Of a stretch of DNA of 64,000 nucleotides, positions 11,187 through 20,325 are shown piece after piece. The stretch comes from an uncultured candidatus Porisulfidus sp. (GTDB lineage Bacteria; Pseudomonadota; Gammaproteobacteria; Poriferisulfidales; Poriferisulfidaceae). Numbering within the stretch: position 1 is the stretch's first letter; each line of letters begins with the position of its first letter. The stretch lies in the NCBI GenBank assembly GCA_965116025.1, contig OZ220480.1:736001-800000 (forward strand). Direction: 5' to 3'. The notes under the pieces are model-generated. The model saw only the letters and a program-made list of their open reading frames with translations, was not told the origin of the DNA and searched no databases. The position numbers and the translations under genes are program-made.

Positions 11187-13424
11187 ATGCAGACCTTTCG
11201 CCGCGCCTTTCTGCTGATGACCCTGGGACCCTGGGGCGCCGTGGCGTGGGCGGAGGAGCCGTTGCCCCTTCCGGAACCGCTCGAGCCGGCGTATTGCGGA
11301 CCGATGGATATCGGCGTGGACGCGGGGGAGAGCGATGAGCTGGAGGCGGAGGCCGGACGGGTCCGGCGCGACGGCGACCAGGTCGAGATGAGCGTGGACG
11401 TTCGCGTTCGACAGGGAACCGCGCGCGCCAGCGCGGAATCCGCGCGGATCGACCGCGGGCGGAGCCGGGCGACGCTGGAAGGCGACGTTCGCATGAGCGG
11501 GCCGGGCGTCGCTCTGGAGGCCGATCGGATGGAGCTGGACTACGCGCGCGGACGGATGGAGGCCACCGACGCCCGCTATCGCCTGAGCGGAGGGGGGACG
11601 GGTCGCGCCCAGCGGATCGAGCGCTCCGAGGACGGCGCGCTGGAGGCCGAGGAAGCCAGTTATTCCACCTGCGCGCTGGAGAGCCCGCTCTGGAGCTTGC
11701 GGGCGGAGACGATCCGGATCGATCCGGCTGAGGGACAGGGCGAGGCGCGTGGCGCCACGCTCCGCCTCGGTCCGGTACCGGTGATGGCCATGCCTTGGGT
11801 GGGATTTCCGGTCGGGGACGCGCGCAGGAGCGGCTGGCTGGCGCCGGAGCTCGGGACTTCCGACGATCTGGGCTACTCCCTGGAGACACCGTATTATCTG
11901 AATCTCGCCCCGCACTACGACGCGGTCCTATCCGCCCGCTACATGGGACGGAGGGGCTTGCAGGTCAAGCCGAGCGGCCGCTACCGGACGCGGCATGGCG
12001 GCGGCGCGGTTCGCGCCGAGTTCCTGAGCGATAACGAGACGGACGATGACCGCTACCTGCTGCACTGGCGCCACGCCGGCGCTCGCCTGAGTGGCTGGGA
12101 CTACCGGATCGACTACACCGACGTGTCCGACCGCGCGTATCTAGAGGATTTCCGGTCGGGCGTCCACGGGCTGTCGGCGACCCGACTGCGGCAGGAGGCG
12201 AGCGTCGCGTGGCGCTCTCCCGCGTGGACCTTCAGCGCCGCGTTGACCGGGAGCGACCCGCTGAAGGACCAGATCGAGCGGTGGGACCGGTTGCCGAAGG
12301 CGCGCGCCAAGGGAGTCGTCCGGATTCCCTCGGCGGGGTTGGTGCTGGTCCCGGCGTTCGCGGTTGACGCGTTCCGGGGTGATCTGGACGCGCTGGGCGT
12401 GCAGGGGGAGCGCTACGACGCGGGGCTGACGCTCGCCCGAAAGATCGCCGGTGCTGGCTGGCAGGTGACGCCGCGCCTGCAGTGGCGCCACACCCAGTAC
12501 AATCTGAAGCATTCCGACGCCGCGGAGGCGACCGCCAGGGAGGCGGGCGAGAAACTGGAGCGCTCGCCAAGCCGGACCTTGCCGATCTACAGCGTCGACG
12601 CGCGGGCGCGATTCGAGCGGCGGTTGGAGGACGGCGCCGTGCAGACGCTGGAGCCGCGGCTCTTCTATCTAAGCCGCCCGCGGCGCGATCATAGCGACAT
12701 TCCCATGTTCGACAGCCGGAGAATGGATCTCGATTTCGACACGATGTTCCGCGGCCCCCGAGCCGCGGGGCGCGACCGGATCGGCGCCGTCGACCTTCTG
12801 GCGACCGGCGTCGAAACGCGAATCATCGACCCGGTCTCGGGCTACCAGCGACTGCGGGCCCGGCTTGGCCGCGTCTGGTATTTCCGGCCTCCGCCCGCGC
12901 TCGTCCATGGCGGCGAGGGAGACCACGCGAAATCCGCCTGGGCCGCCGAGATCGATTTCCGCCCCGCGCCGCGATTCCAGTTGCGGTCCGCGTTGCGCTA
13001 CGATCCGGGGCATAAGGGTAGCGACACGACTTGGGCCTCGCACATGATCGGCTGGAACGGAACGGATGGCGAGCGCTTCCAGGCGCGCTACCTCCGCCGC
13101 GCGGAACCCTTGGGCGAGGCGGAGAAAATCGAGCAGGCGGAGGCGTCCGCGCTGTTCCCGCTGGGCCAGAACTGGCATATGACCTTTCGCTACCGCTACG
13201 ATTTGCGTGGAGACCGGAGTCTGGAGACCCTGTCCGCTCTCGAGTACCGAGGGTGCTGCATGACCGTGGGAATCGGCGCGTGGAAGATTCGCCGCGAGGT
13301 AGGAGAGGAATCCGAAAGCCGCGTGATGCTGCAGGTTCGCTTCCATGGTCTGGCCGGTTTCGGGGAGGACGTCGTGGCCCGGACGCGCCGGGAACTGGAC
13401 GGGGAGTTGGTATGGCCCTATTGA
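11187..13424 (+). CDS. lptD: LPS-assembly protein LptD
   Basis: YSTC..W, TPYYLNLAPHYD, QTLEPRLFYL, EYRGCC; lies upstream of surA-pdxA. Confidence 0.93.
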   Translation: MQTFRRAFLLMTLGPWGAVAWAEEPLPLPEPLEPAYCGPMDIGVDAGESDELEAEAGRVRRDGDQVEMSVDVRVRQGTARASAESARIDRGRSRATLEGDVRMSGPGVALEADRMELDYARGRMEATDARYRLSGGGTGRAQRIERSEDGALEAEEASYSTCALESPLWSLRAETIRIDPAEGQGEARGATLRLGPVPVMAMPWVGFPVGDARRSGWLAPELGTSDDLGYSLETPYYLNLAPHYDAVLSARYMGRRGLQVKPSGRYRTRHGGGAVRAEFLSDNETDDDRYLLHWRHAGARLSGWDYRIDYTDVSDRAYLEDFRSGVHGLSATRLRQEASVAWRSPAWTFSAALTGSDPLKDQIERWDRLPKARAKGVVRIPSAGLVLVPAFAVDAFRGDLDALGVQGERYDAGLTLARKIAGAGWQVTPRLQWRHTQYNLKHSDAAEATAREAGEKLERSPSRTLPIYSVDARARFERRLEDGAVQTLEPRLFYLSRPRRDHSDIPMFDSRRMDLDFDTMFRGPRAAGRDRIGAVDLLATGVETRIIDPVSGYQRLRARLGRVWYFRPPPALVHGGEGDHAKSAWAAEIDFRPAPRFQLRSALRYDPGHKGSDTTWASHMIGWNGTDGERFQARYLRRAEPLGEAEKIEQAEASALFPLGQNWHMTFRYRYDLRGDRSLETLSALEYRGCCMTVGIGAWKIRREVGEESESRVMLQVRFHGLAGFGEDVVARTRRELDGELVWPY

Positions 13425-14701
13425 TTCGCGCCGGAATCCTGGCGCTGTCGCTGGGCGCCGGGGCCGCGGCGGCCGAGGTGCTGGACCGCGTGGTGGCGGT
13501 GGTCGAGGACGACGTCATCACCCTGTCGGAGCTCCAGGATCGCGTCGAGATCATCGTCAAGCAGATTCAGCAAGGAGGAACGCCGTTGCCGCCGCGCGAC
13601 CAGCTGATCGACCAAGTGCTGGAATACATGGTCGTCGCCCGCCTGCAACTGCAGCTCGCGGAGAAGCGAGGGGTCGCCCTGCCGGTCGACGCGGTGGCAC
13701 GCGAGATCCAGTCGCTCGCGCGGCGCAACGGAATGGAGACGCAGGAGTTCCGGCGCCAGATGGAGCGTGGGGGGGTCCGCTTCGCCAGCTTCTACGACTA
13801 CCTCCACGAGCAGATGCTGACCCAGCGTCTTCAGCAGATGGAGTCCCGCCGGCTGGTGCGAGTCACGGAGGAGGAGGTCGACAACTTCATTCGGTTGCAC
13901 TCCGATCGCCTCCAGGCCGACGTCCGGTATCACTTGGCGCACATTCTGCTCGCTGTGGAAGGGCGGCCAACCCCGGAGGAGATCGGGCGCCTGCGGGACA
14001 AGGCCCACGGCCTGACCCAGAGAGTCCGCGACGGCGAGCGCTTCGCTCGCCTCGCCCTGACCGAATCGGATGGTCGCAACGCCCTCAAGGGTGGAGATCT
14101 CGGCTGGCGTGACGCCGCGGATCTGCCGAGTTTCGCGGCCGACGCGATCGCGGCGCTGGAGCCGGGCGAGATCACCGACCCGATTCGCAGCGCGAGCGGC
14201 TTTCACCTGTTCCAGCTCACTAACAAGGAGGGCGCCGGTCAGATCATGGTGAACCAGACGCGCTCTCGACACATCCTGATCCGGACCAGCGCCCTGGTCG
14301 ATGACGACGAGGCGCTCGCCCAGCTCAAGACCTTGAAGGACCGGCTCGCTGGGGGCGACCGCTTCGAGGACCTCGCCCGCTCGCATTCCGACGACATCGC
14401 CTCGGCCTCGGACGGAGGCAACCTCGGATGGACCTCGCCAGGCAAGCTGGACCCATACTTCGAGGAGCGGATGAACCAGCTGGAAGTTGGCGAAGTGAGC
14501 GAGCCGTTCCAGACCCAGTTCGGCTGGCACATCGTGCAGGTGCTGGAGCGCCGCCGGGTCGACGAGACGAAATCAGCCTTGCGGACGCGGGCGCTGAATC
14601 ATCTGGCCCGCTCCCGGGTCAACGACGAGATCGACATCTGGTTGCGGCGGTTGCTGAACAACTCCTACGTCCGCTATATGACCGGCGAGCGCGATGCGTG
14701 A
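13412..14701 (+). CDS. surA: periplasmic chaperone/PPIase SurA
   Basis: LDRVVAVVEDDVITLSEL; two parvulin domains (GGDLGW, GGNLGW, TQFGWHIV). Confidence 0.95.
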   Translation: MALLIRAGILALSLGAGAAAAEVLDRVVAVVEDDVITLSELQDRVEIIVKQIQQGGTPLPPRDQLIDQVLEYMVVARLQLQLAEKRGVALPVDAVAREIQSLARRNGMETQEFRRQMERGGVRFASFYDYLHEQMLTQRLQQMESRRLVRVTEEEVDNFIRLHSDRLQADVRYHLAHILLAVEGRPTPEEIGRLRDKAHGLTQRVRDGERFARLALTESDGRNALKGGDLGWRDAADLPSFAADAIAALEPGEITDPIRSASGFHLFQLTNKEGAGQIMVNQTRSRHILIRTSALVDDDEALAQLKTLKDRLAGGDRFEDLARSHSDDIASASDGGNLGWTSPGKLDPYFEERMNQLEVGEVSEPFQTQFGWHIVQVLERRRVDETKSALRTRALNHLARSRVNDEIDIWLRRLLNNSYVRYMTGERDA

Positions 14702-15680
14702 GCCGCGCGTGGCGGTGACCGCCGGCGAGCCGGGAGGGATCGGTCCGGACCTGACGCTGGCGCTCGCGGGCCGGAAGAGCCCGGCGCGTTGCGTCGCGTT
14801 CGCCGATCCGCGGCTTCTCCGGGAACGGGCCCGGCGTCTCGGTCGCTCGGTCCGGATCGTGGAATACCGTCCAAACGCCGCCCCCGAGCCGGGCGCGCTG
14901 GAAGTCCACGCCATTCCGATGCCGGGCGAGGCCCGGGCGGGCGTCGCCGAGACCCGGTTCGCTCCCTACGTTCTGGAGAGCGTCGCCAAGGCCGGGCGCG
15001 GCTGTCTCGAAGGAGAGTTCGACGCGCTGGTGACCGGGCCGGTCCAGAAAAGCTCGCTGCTGGCCGCGGGCCTGCCGTTTCGCGGTCATACGGAATACCT
15101 CGCCGAGCAGGCGGGCGCCGAGTCGGTCATGTTGCTGACCGCGGACTCCCTGCGCGTCGCGCTCGCGACCACGCACCTCCCTCTGGCCGAGGTGCCGGGG
15201 GCGGTGACCCGGGAGCGAATCGTCCTCGTCCTCGAGATCCTGATCGCGGGGCTACGGTCCAGATTTGGACTGGATCGGCCGCGGATCCGGGCGCTGGGTC
15301 TCAATCCCCATGCTGGCGAGGGCGGATATTTCGGGCGGGAGGAGCGAGAGGCCATCGCGCCGGCCATCGAGGAGGCGCGCCAGCGCGGTCATCGGGTCGA
15401 GGGCCCCGTCTCGGCCGACACGGCCTTCGTCGACCGCGACGGGGTCGACGCGTTACTCGCCATGTACCACGACCAGGGCCTCCCGGCGCTGAAAGCGCTG
15501 GGATTCGGTCACGCCGTGAACGTGACCTTGGGTCTGCCGTATGTTCGGACCTCGGTCGATCATGGCACCGCGCTGGATCTCGCCGGGACCGGCCGGGCCG
15601 ACCCCGGGAGCCTGTTCGAGGCGATCGATTCCGCGGCGCGGCAGGCGCGCGCGTCCCGGAGCTGGGCCAAGGCCGCGTGA
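14694..15680 (+). CDS. pdxA: 4-hydroxythreonine-4-phosphate dehydrogenase
   Basis: TAGEPGGIGPD, GHTEYLA, GLNPHAGE, AMYHDQG, RTSVDHGTA. Confidence 0.97.
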   Translation: MREPRVAVTAGEPGGIGPDLTLALAGRKSPARCVAFADPRLLRERARRLGRSVRIVEYRPNAAPEPGALEVHAIPMPGEARAGVAETRFAPYVLESVAKAGRGCLEGEFDALVTGPVQKSSLLAAGLPFRGHTEYLAEQAGAESVMLLTADSLRVALATTHLPLAEVPGAVTRERIVLVLEILIAGLRSRFGLDRPRIRALGLNPHAGEGGYFGREEREAIAPAIEEARQRGHRVEGPVSADTAFVDRDGVDALLAMYHDQGLPALKALGFGHAVNVTLGLPYVRTSVDHGTALDLAGTGRADPGSLFEAIDSAARQARASRSWAKAA

Positions 15681-16078
15681 GCGTCTCTCCCCCGCTTCCG
15701 AAAGAATTTCTTCGGGCGTGGAGCGAGCGCGAGCCGCTGGCCGCCCTGTCCACGGTCGGCGCGGACGGTGCGCCAAACGTGATCTGGGTTCTCTGCGCGC
15801 GTCTGACCGACGAGGGGCAGGTGGTCGTGGCGGACAACGCCATGAGCAAGACCCGGGCCAACATCGACGCGGGCGGCGCCGGCGCCTTGGTGTTTTTGGC
15901 GAAGCCCCGGCGGGCCTACCAAATGAAGGGTCCGTTGTCCTATCATGCGGACGGGCCGGTCTTCGACGCGATGAAACATGGCTGGCTGGACGATTCCTAT
16001 CCTGGGTGCGGCGCGGTGCTGATGGAGATCCGGGAAATTCACGAGGGCGCGGACGAGGTCTGGCGGCGCGACGCCTGA
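15677..16078 (+). CDS. pyridoxamine 5'-phosphate oxidase-like FMN-binding split-barrel protein
   Basis: GTG overlaps the pdxA stop; LSTVGADGAPNV, VVADNAMSKTRANI, YQMKG. Confidence 0.75.
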   Translation: MSVSPPLPKEFLRAWSEREPLAALSTVGADGAPNVIWVLCARLTDEGQVVVADNAMSKTRANIDAGGAGALVFLAKPRRAYQMKGPLSYHADGPVFDAMKHGWLDDSYPGCGAVLMEIREIHEGADEVWRRDA

Positions 16079-16081
16079 TCC

Positions 16082-16873
16082 ATGGCCCTGCCGCCGCCGC
16101 GGAAACGCCTGGGGCAGCACTTTCTGTCCGACGCGGCGAAAATCGAGGAGGTCGCGGCCGCGGTTGGCATCGCCGACACTTTGATTGAGATCGGTCCCGG
16201 CCGTGGCGCGCTGACGTTCGCGCTGGTGCCGCGGACCCGGAACCTGATCGCCATCGAGAAGGACCCGGTCCTCGCCGAATACCTGAAGCGCCGATTCGCC
16301 GACAACCCCGTGATCGAGATCCGTCACGCGGACGCGCTTCGGGAAGATCTGTCTCAGTATCCCACGGGCGCGCGGCTGGTGGGCAACTTGCCGTACAACG
16401 TGGCGACCGCGATGTTGCGGCGCTGGCTGGACCCGCGGATCCGCTTGGCGGACTTGACCGTGATGGTGCAGCGCGAGGTCGCGCTGCGCTTGGCCGCGCC
16501 GCCAGGGGACCCGTCGCGGGGGCAGCTGTCGGTGGCCGTCCAGCTATCGATGCGGGTCGAGCCGCTTTTCGATGTCGCGCCGGAATGCTTCGATCCGCCT
16601 CCCAAGGTCGTCTCCACCGTGGTGCGGCTCGCGCCGAGGAAGACCCTCCTCGTCAAGGAGGACGCGCGGGAAGATTTTCTGCGCCTCGTTCAGCAGGCGT
16701 TCGCCTCGCGCCGGAAGACCTTGCGCAACAATTTGCCGGAGATTCCGGATCTGGCGTGGGCGAGAGCGGAGATCGACCCGCGACGGCGGGCCGAGACGCT
16801 TTCGTGCGAGGAATTCGCCCGGCTGTTCCAAACGGTCCGCTCAGTCCAAGTCTCGGGCGACGCGGAAGCCTGA
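16082..16873 (+). CDS. rsmA: 16S rRNA m6,2A1518/1519 dimethyltransferase
   Basis: RKRLGQHFL, IEIGPGRGALT, VGNLPYNV, MVQREVA, PPPKVVS. Confidence 0.97.
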   Translation: MALPPPRKRLGQHFLSDAAKIEEVAAAVGIADTLIEIGPGRGALTFALVPRTRNLIAIEKDPVLAEYLKRRFADNPVIEIRHADALREDLSQYPTGARLVGNLPYNVATAMLRRWLDPRIRLADLTVMVQREVALRLAAPPGDPSRGQLSVAVQLSMRVEPLFDVAPECFDPPPKVVSTVVRLAPRKTLLVKEDAREDFLRLVQQAFASRRKTLRNNLPEIPDLAWARAEIDPRRRAETLSCEEFARLFQTVRSVQVSGDAEA

Positions 16874-18013
16874 TGTGCTCGTCGCGCCTTGCGGAAGTCT
16901 CGGCACGCGGGCCGCCGCTCGAAGCCATCTTTCTCCATTGAACCATGAGCCTCCTCGCATCACGCGTATGAAGCACAAGCCGAACTCCCATGCGCTTCCA
17001 TCCTTTGGCCTGCCCGAATAATCGGCGTGGTAGCAATCCTGCGTCCATTCCGCGACGTTCCCGATCATGTCGTACAGTCCGAACGCGTTCGGGGGATAGG
17101 ATCCCACGGGCGCGGTTCCTGTAAATCCGTCTTCGCAGGGAATGATCCGGTCATATTGAAAGATAAAGCCGTGGAAGCTGGCGCCCGTTTGATCGTATCC
17201 GTTGGCGAACGCGCAGGGATCGTCCTCGGGCGCCCAGTAGTTGGGCGTCGTGGATCCGGCGCGCGTCGCGTACTCCCATTCCGCCTCGGTCAGCAATCGA
17301 TAGCGCTTGCCCGTCAGGCCGGACGCCCACTGCACATACAGTTGCGCGTAATGCCAATTGACATTGGGCGTGGGACGTCGTCCTTGGCCGTAGCCCTCAT
17401 CGTCAGGCGTCCATCCACCGCAACCGCCCATTCGGACGCAGTGCTCCCAATCCTCGAAAGTCACCTCGAAAACGCCCACCGCGAACGGCGCCGGGATCGT
17501 CACTTCCGTTCGCGGGGATTCGTTCTGGTCGCGATGGGCTTCCGATTCTGGCGACCCCATGATGAACGACCCGGCTGGGATCACGACCATTCTCGGAGTG
17601 GTGTCGCAATCCCGGAAAACGTCGCCCGGCTCGAGTCCTTCGGACGCGTTCGGATCGCACTCGGCGATCCATTCGGCGTCGCTTAACGCGACATATCCCC
17701 GCAGGGCCGGCTGGTTTTTTTCTCGCGGCAGATCCACGAGATACCAAGCTCGCGTTTCCCGCGATAATTGGAGCGGGGTCCCCGCAGGGACCGTCGCGAC
17801 CACCGCGCTGTTCGGGTCTGGAGCATGTCTTACCGATCCCGGGTCAGCGAGCATGCGCAACTCCAGCGCGTCCGCTGGCGCGGGAACGGCGAAACTGGAG
17901 AGCGCCACCACGCTGAGCGTCAGGAGAGCGAGGACTCTGCCGAAGGCGCCTTGACCGAGCGCCCTTCTCGCCACGAAGGGAAAAAGCGAGATCGGTGAGC
18001 TATCGCGTCCCAT
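16841..18013 (-). CDS. SH3-like + FGE-sulfatase (SUMF1/EgtB/PvdO) domain exported protein
   Basis: FRDC..PRMVVIPAGSFIMGS, YRLLTEAEWEYATRAG, PNAFGLYDMIGNVAEW, RGGSW, GFRVARDL; N-terminal hydrophobic segment and SH3b-like VRHAPDPNSAVV..WYLV..GYV. Confidence 0.85.
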   Translation of the reverse strand: MGRDSSPISLFPFVARRALGQGAFGRVLALLTLSVVALSSFAVPAPADALELRMLADPGSVRHAPDPNSAVVATVPAGTPLQLSRETRAWYLVDLPREKNQPALRGYVALSDAEWIAECDPNASEGLEPGDVFRDCDTTPRMVVIPAGSFIMGSPESEAHRDQNESPRTEVTIPAPFAVGVFEVTFEDWEHCVRMGGCGGWTPDDEGYGQGRRPTPNVNWHYAQLYVQWASGLTGKRYRLLTEAEWEYATRAGSTTPNYWAPEDDPCAFANGYDQTGASFHGFIFQYDRIIPCEDGFTGTAPVGSYPPNAFGLYDMIGNVAEWTQDCYHADYSGRPKDGSAWEFGLCFIRVMRGGSWFNGERWLRAAARVPRLPQGATSTSGFRVARDLD

Positions 18014-18016
18014 CGC

Positions 18017-19261
18017 TCAATCCAGATCCCGGGCGATGCGAAGCCCTAGACTGCTGTAACTACCGCCTATCGTTCTTCTGGTGCGCGACGCCCACCGGTT
18101 TTTGTGTAAAGCGTAGGCCCACGCGCCGCCGCGCGTGACGCGAGCGTCGCAATCGCCCGCCTCCCAAGCGCTTCCGTCCGTCGGGGCGCCGAGATAACTG
18201 TCGTTGTAGCAGTCCTGCGTCCATTCGGCGACGTTTCCCACCATCTCATGCAACCCGAACGCGTTCGGTGGGAAGGAACCTACGGGGGCGCTGGCCACAT
18301 ATCCATCCGCGCATGGAAGATTCAAGCGGACCGAGGCCGCTAAGCCGGGAAGGGCCTTCATCGCCGTTTGGTCAAGGCCATTCAGACGCTCGCAATACGT
18401 CGATCCCTCTCCGGCATTCTGGCTGGGTCCCGCTGCTCCCGCCCGGGCGGCGTATTCCCACTCCGATTCGCTCAGTAGCCGATACCTTTTCCCTGTCACC
18501 GCGGACAGCCATCGCACGTACTGTCGCGCTTGCGACCAGTTCACGTTGATTAAGGGAAGGTTCCCGTGTCCAAGGCCGAGATCGTGGGGCGTGCTCGTGC
18601 CGCATCCCCCCGCTCTCTGGCAGGCGTCCCACTGCTCGAAGGTCACCTCGTACACTCCCGCCGCGAACGGAGTGGCGATCTCCACCTTTCGCTGGGGGCC
18701 TTCATGGGGCAACCGGTGTTTTTCCGATTCCGACGATCCCATGATGAAGCTTCCCGCGGGCACGACGACCATTTCCGGCGCCGCCGCGCAATCCCGAAAC
18801 CGGTCTCCTGGCCTTAAATCCGTAATTTCCGAAGAAGCGCAGTTGGCGGTCCACTCGACATCGCTTACCGAGACGTAGCCTTTCCGAAAGGAAGGCCCTT
18901 CCGAGTTCTCGTATGGCTCGACGAGATACCAGGTTCGCGTTTCCGAGATGGCCCGAAGGGGAGCGCGCGCGGGCACGGTCGAGATAATCTCGCTGTTCGG
19001 GTCCGGGGCCGCCCGTATCGCGCCCGGGTCGGCGCGCATGCGCAGAGTGATCATGCTGGATCTCAGCGGGTCCAGTTGCTGGGACCCGAACGTCGATCGC
19101 AAGATGAGCAACTCCTTGATGGTGAACTTGGACAGAAAACTAACGCCTTGGTGAATCGACGACCAATTCATCAGAACGAAATAAGCCAACAGAACCATGG
19201 CGAGAACGCCGACAGTCCCCGCGACCCCCTTCCAAGACTTCAGGAATCTCGCCCCGCTCAA
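18017..19261 (-). CDS. SH3-like + FGE-sulfatase domain membrane-anchored protein (paralog)
   Basis: Same architecture: IRAAPDPNSEII..WYLV..GYVS, PEMVVVPAGSFIMGS, LSESEWEYAARAG, GLRIARDLD. Confidence 0.85.
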   Translation of the reverse strand: MSGARFLKSWKGVAGTVGVLAMVLLAYFVLMNWSSIHQGVSFLSKFTIKELLILRSTFGSQQLDPLRSSMITLRMRADPGAIRAAPDPNSEIISTVPARAPLRAISETRTWYLVEPYENSEGPSFRKGYVSVSDVEWTANCASSEITDLRPGDRFRDCAAAPEMVVVPAGSFIMGSSESEKHRLPHEGPQRKVEIATPFAAGVYEVTFEQWDACQRAGGCGTSTPHDLGLGHGNLPLINVNWSQARQYVRWLSAVTGKRYRLLSESEWEYAARAGAAGPSQNAGEGSTYCERLNGLDQTAMKALPGLAASVRLNLPCADGYVASAPVGSFPPNAFGLHEMVGNVAEWTQDCYNDSYLGAPTDGSAWEAGDCDARVTRGGAWAYALHKNRWASRTRRTIGGSYSSLGLRIARDLD

Positions 19262-19489
19262 TTTTCCGTTCCCGCTTTAGAGTGGCTCGGTCGTTGCCCC
19301 GACGGCGATTCGCGTCCGCGACCGATTCGACGCGTGGGTCCCGAGATTCATCAGCGTTCCGCTCTCCCGCGGCTTCCAGTAGGGAAAGAATATACTACCA
19401 GTTTCATTTTGGAATGTTAAATCGCCGAATCGAGTTCTGGTGCCAAGGTCCATCGAACGTGAAATTCCGACGACATCCATGAAGTGAGC

Positions 19490-19771
19490 ATGCGGACGAT
19501 AATATTGGCTATGTCGGCCGTGGTGCTGGCCGGGGGGTGCTCGCGAGTCATCCAGGATACCCGCGAGCATATGGCATGCTATTACGAGACGAGGTATCTT
19601 CAAGAGAAATACGAATATACGGAATGCAGAAGCAAAACGGATGATAGCGGAGCAACAGTTGAAAGGTGCGACAAGATCGCCACGTACCCGCGACGGGAAG
19701 CGTACGACGAATGTCTCGCCAGAATTAAATCCGAGATGAAGAGGACGGAGAGCGGAGTCATGGATGAGTGA
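19490..19771 (+). CDS. small Cys-rich putative lipoprotein
   Basis: MRTIILAMSAVVLAGG-C lipobox-like signal; four further Cys. Confidence 0.55.
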   Translation: MRTIILAMSAVVLAGGCSRVIQDTREHMACYYETRYLQEKYEYTECRSKTDDSGATVERCDKIATYPRREAYDECLARIKSEMKRTESGVMDE

Positions 19772-20029
19772 AGCCCCCACGAGATGGTTTCAGCCAATCA
19801 CCAAGACTTCAAACCAATCGAGGGAAACCTGCGTCAAGCGGCGACTGACCTCGATCTCCGAGCTAATCGATTCTGACGATTTTGGCCGGTCCGGGATTTC
19901 GCGTGGGCTCGGCGGCGAGGATTCGGCTCGCTTTCGGGGCGTTTTCCAGCGAAAAACTCACCCCCGCGCAGGGCTCCACCAGCCGCGCGAGGTGGCGAGG
20001 TCAGATCGGGGTGGATAAAGTGCCGGCCC

Positions 20030-20196
20030 GCCCGCTAGTCCAGCCTCGCGACGACTCCGGCATGGCTCGCGGAAGGTCGCGCGGGATCCGCGCCTTGCCC
20101 AGCTGTTAAGGCATGATGATGCTCCCGTCGGGGTTGACGCGGCTCATCTTGTCGTCGCCGGTGGCAACGGACGGGAGGGGTGAAATTCGGGTTCAT
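20030..20196 (-). pseudogene. decayed 5' fragment of an IS1380-like transposase-derived gene (paralog of 23098..23637)
   Basis: Encodes TGDDKMSRVNPD and LGKARIPRDL..RGWTSG, matching the 23637 ORF, but with a frameshift and an in-frame TAA. Confidence 0.7.
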
Positions 20197-20320
20197 ATAA
20201 TGGAATTCGCGGTTGGTCGTTCACCCAATGAGTGAAACTTTCCAACTTCCATCCGAACGGATTGCCTCGACGGGATCGGCCCCAGCCGGGATTCCCGCTC
20301 CTTTAGTTTGGAGATCTAGG
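20030..20320. repeat. diverged direct repeat, copy 1 (copy 2 at ~23472..23765), flanking autotransporter 2
   Basis: Shared blocks GTCGGGGTTGACGCGGCTCATCTTGTCGTCGCCGGTG, CATATAATG, TTCACCCA-N-TG(A/G)GTGAA, CAGCCGGGA, CTCCTTTAG. Confidence 0.8.
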
Positions 20321-20325
20321 GCTTC

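Noticed and set aside
16841-19261. Diversity-generating retroelement targeting the FGE-fold C-termini
   Set aside because: No reverse transcriptase or template repeat is seen in the window, and the two C-termini differ broadly rather than only at adenines.
19490-19771. Cys-rich small ORF as the RiPP precursor
   Set aside because: It has a lipoprotein-type signal rather than an NHLP/Nif11 leader and lies >30 kb from the cluster.
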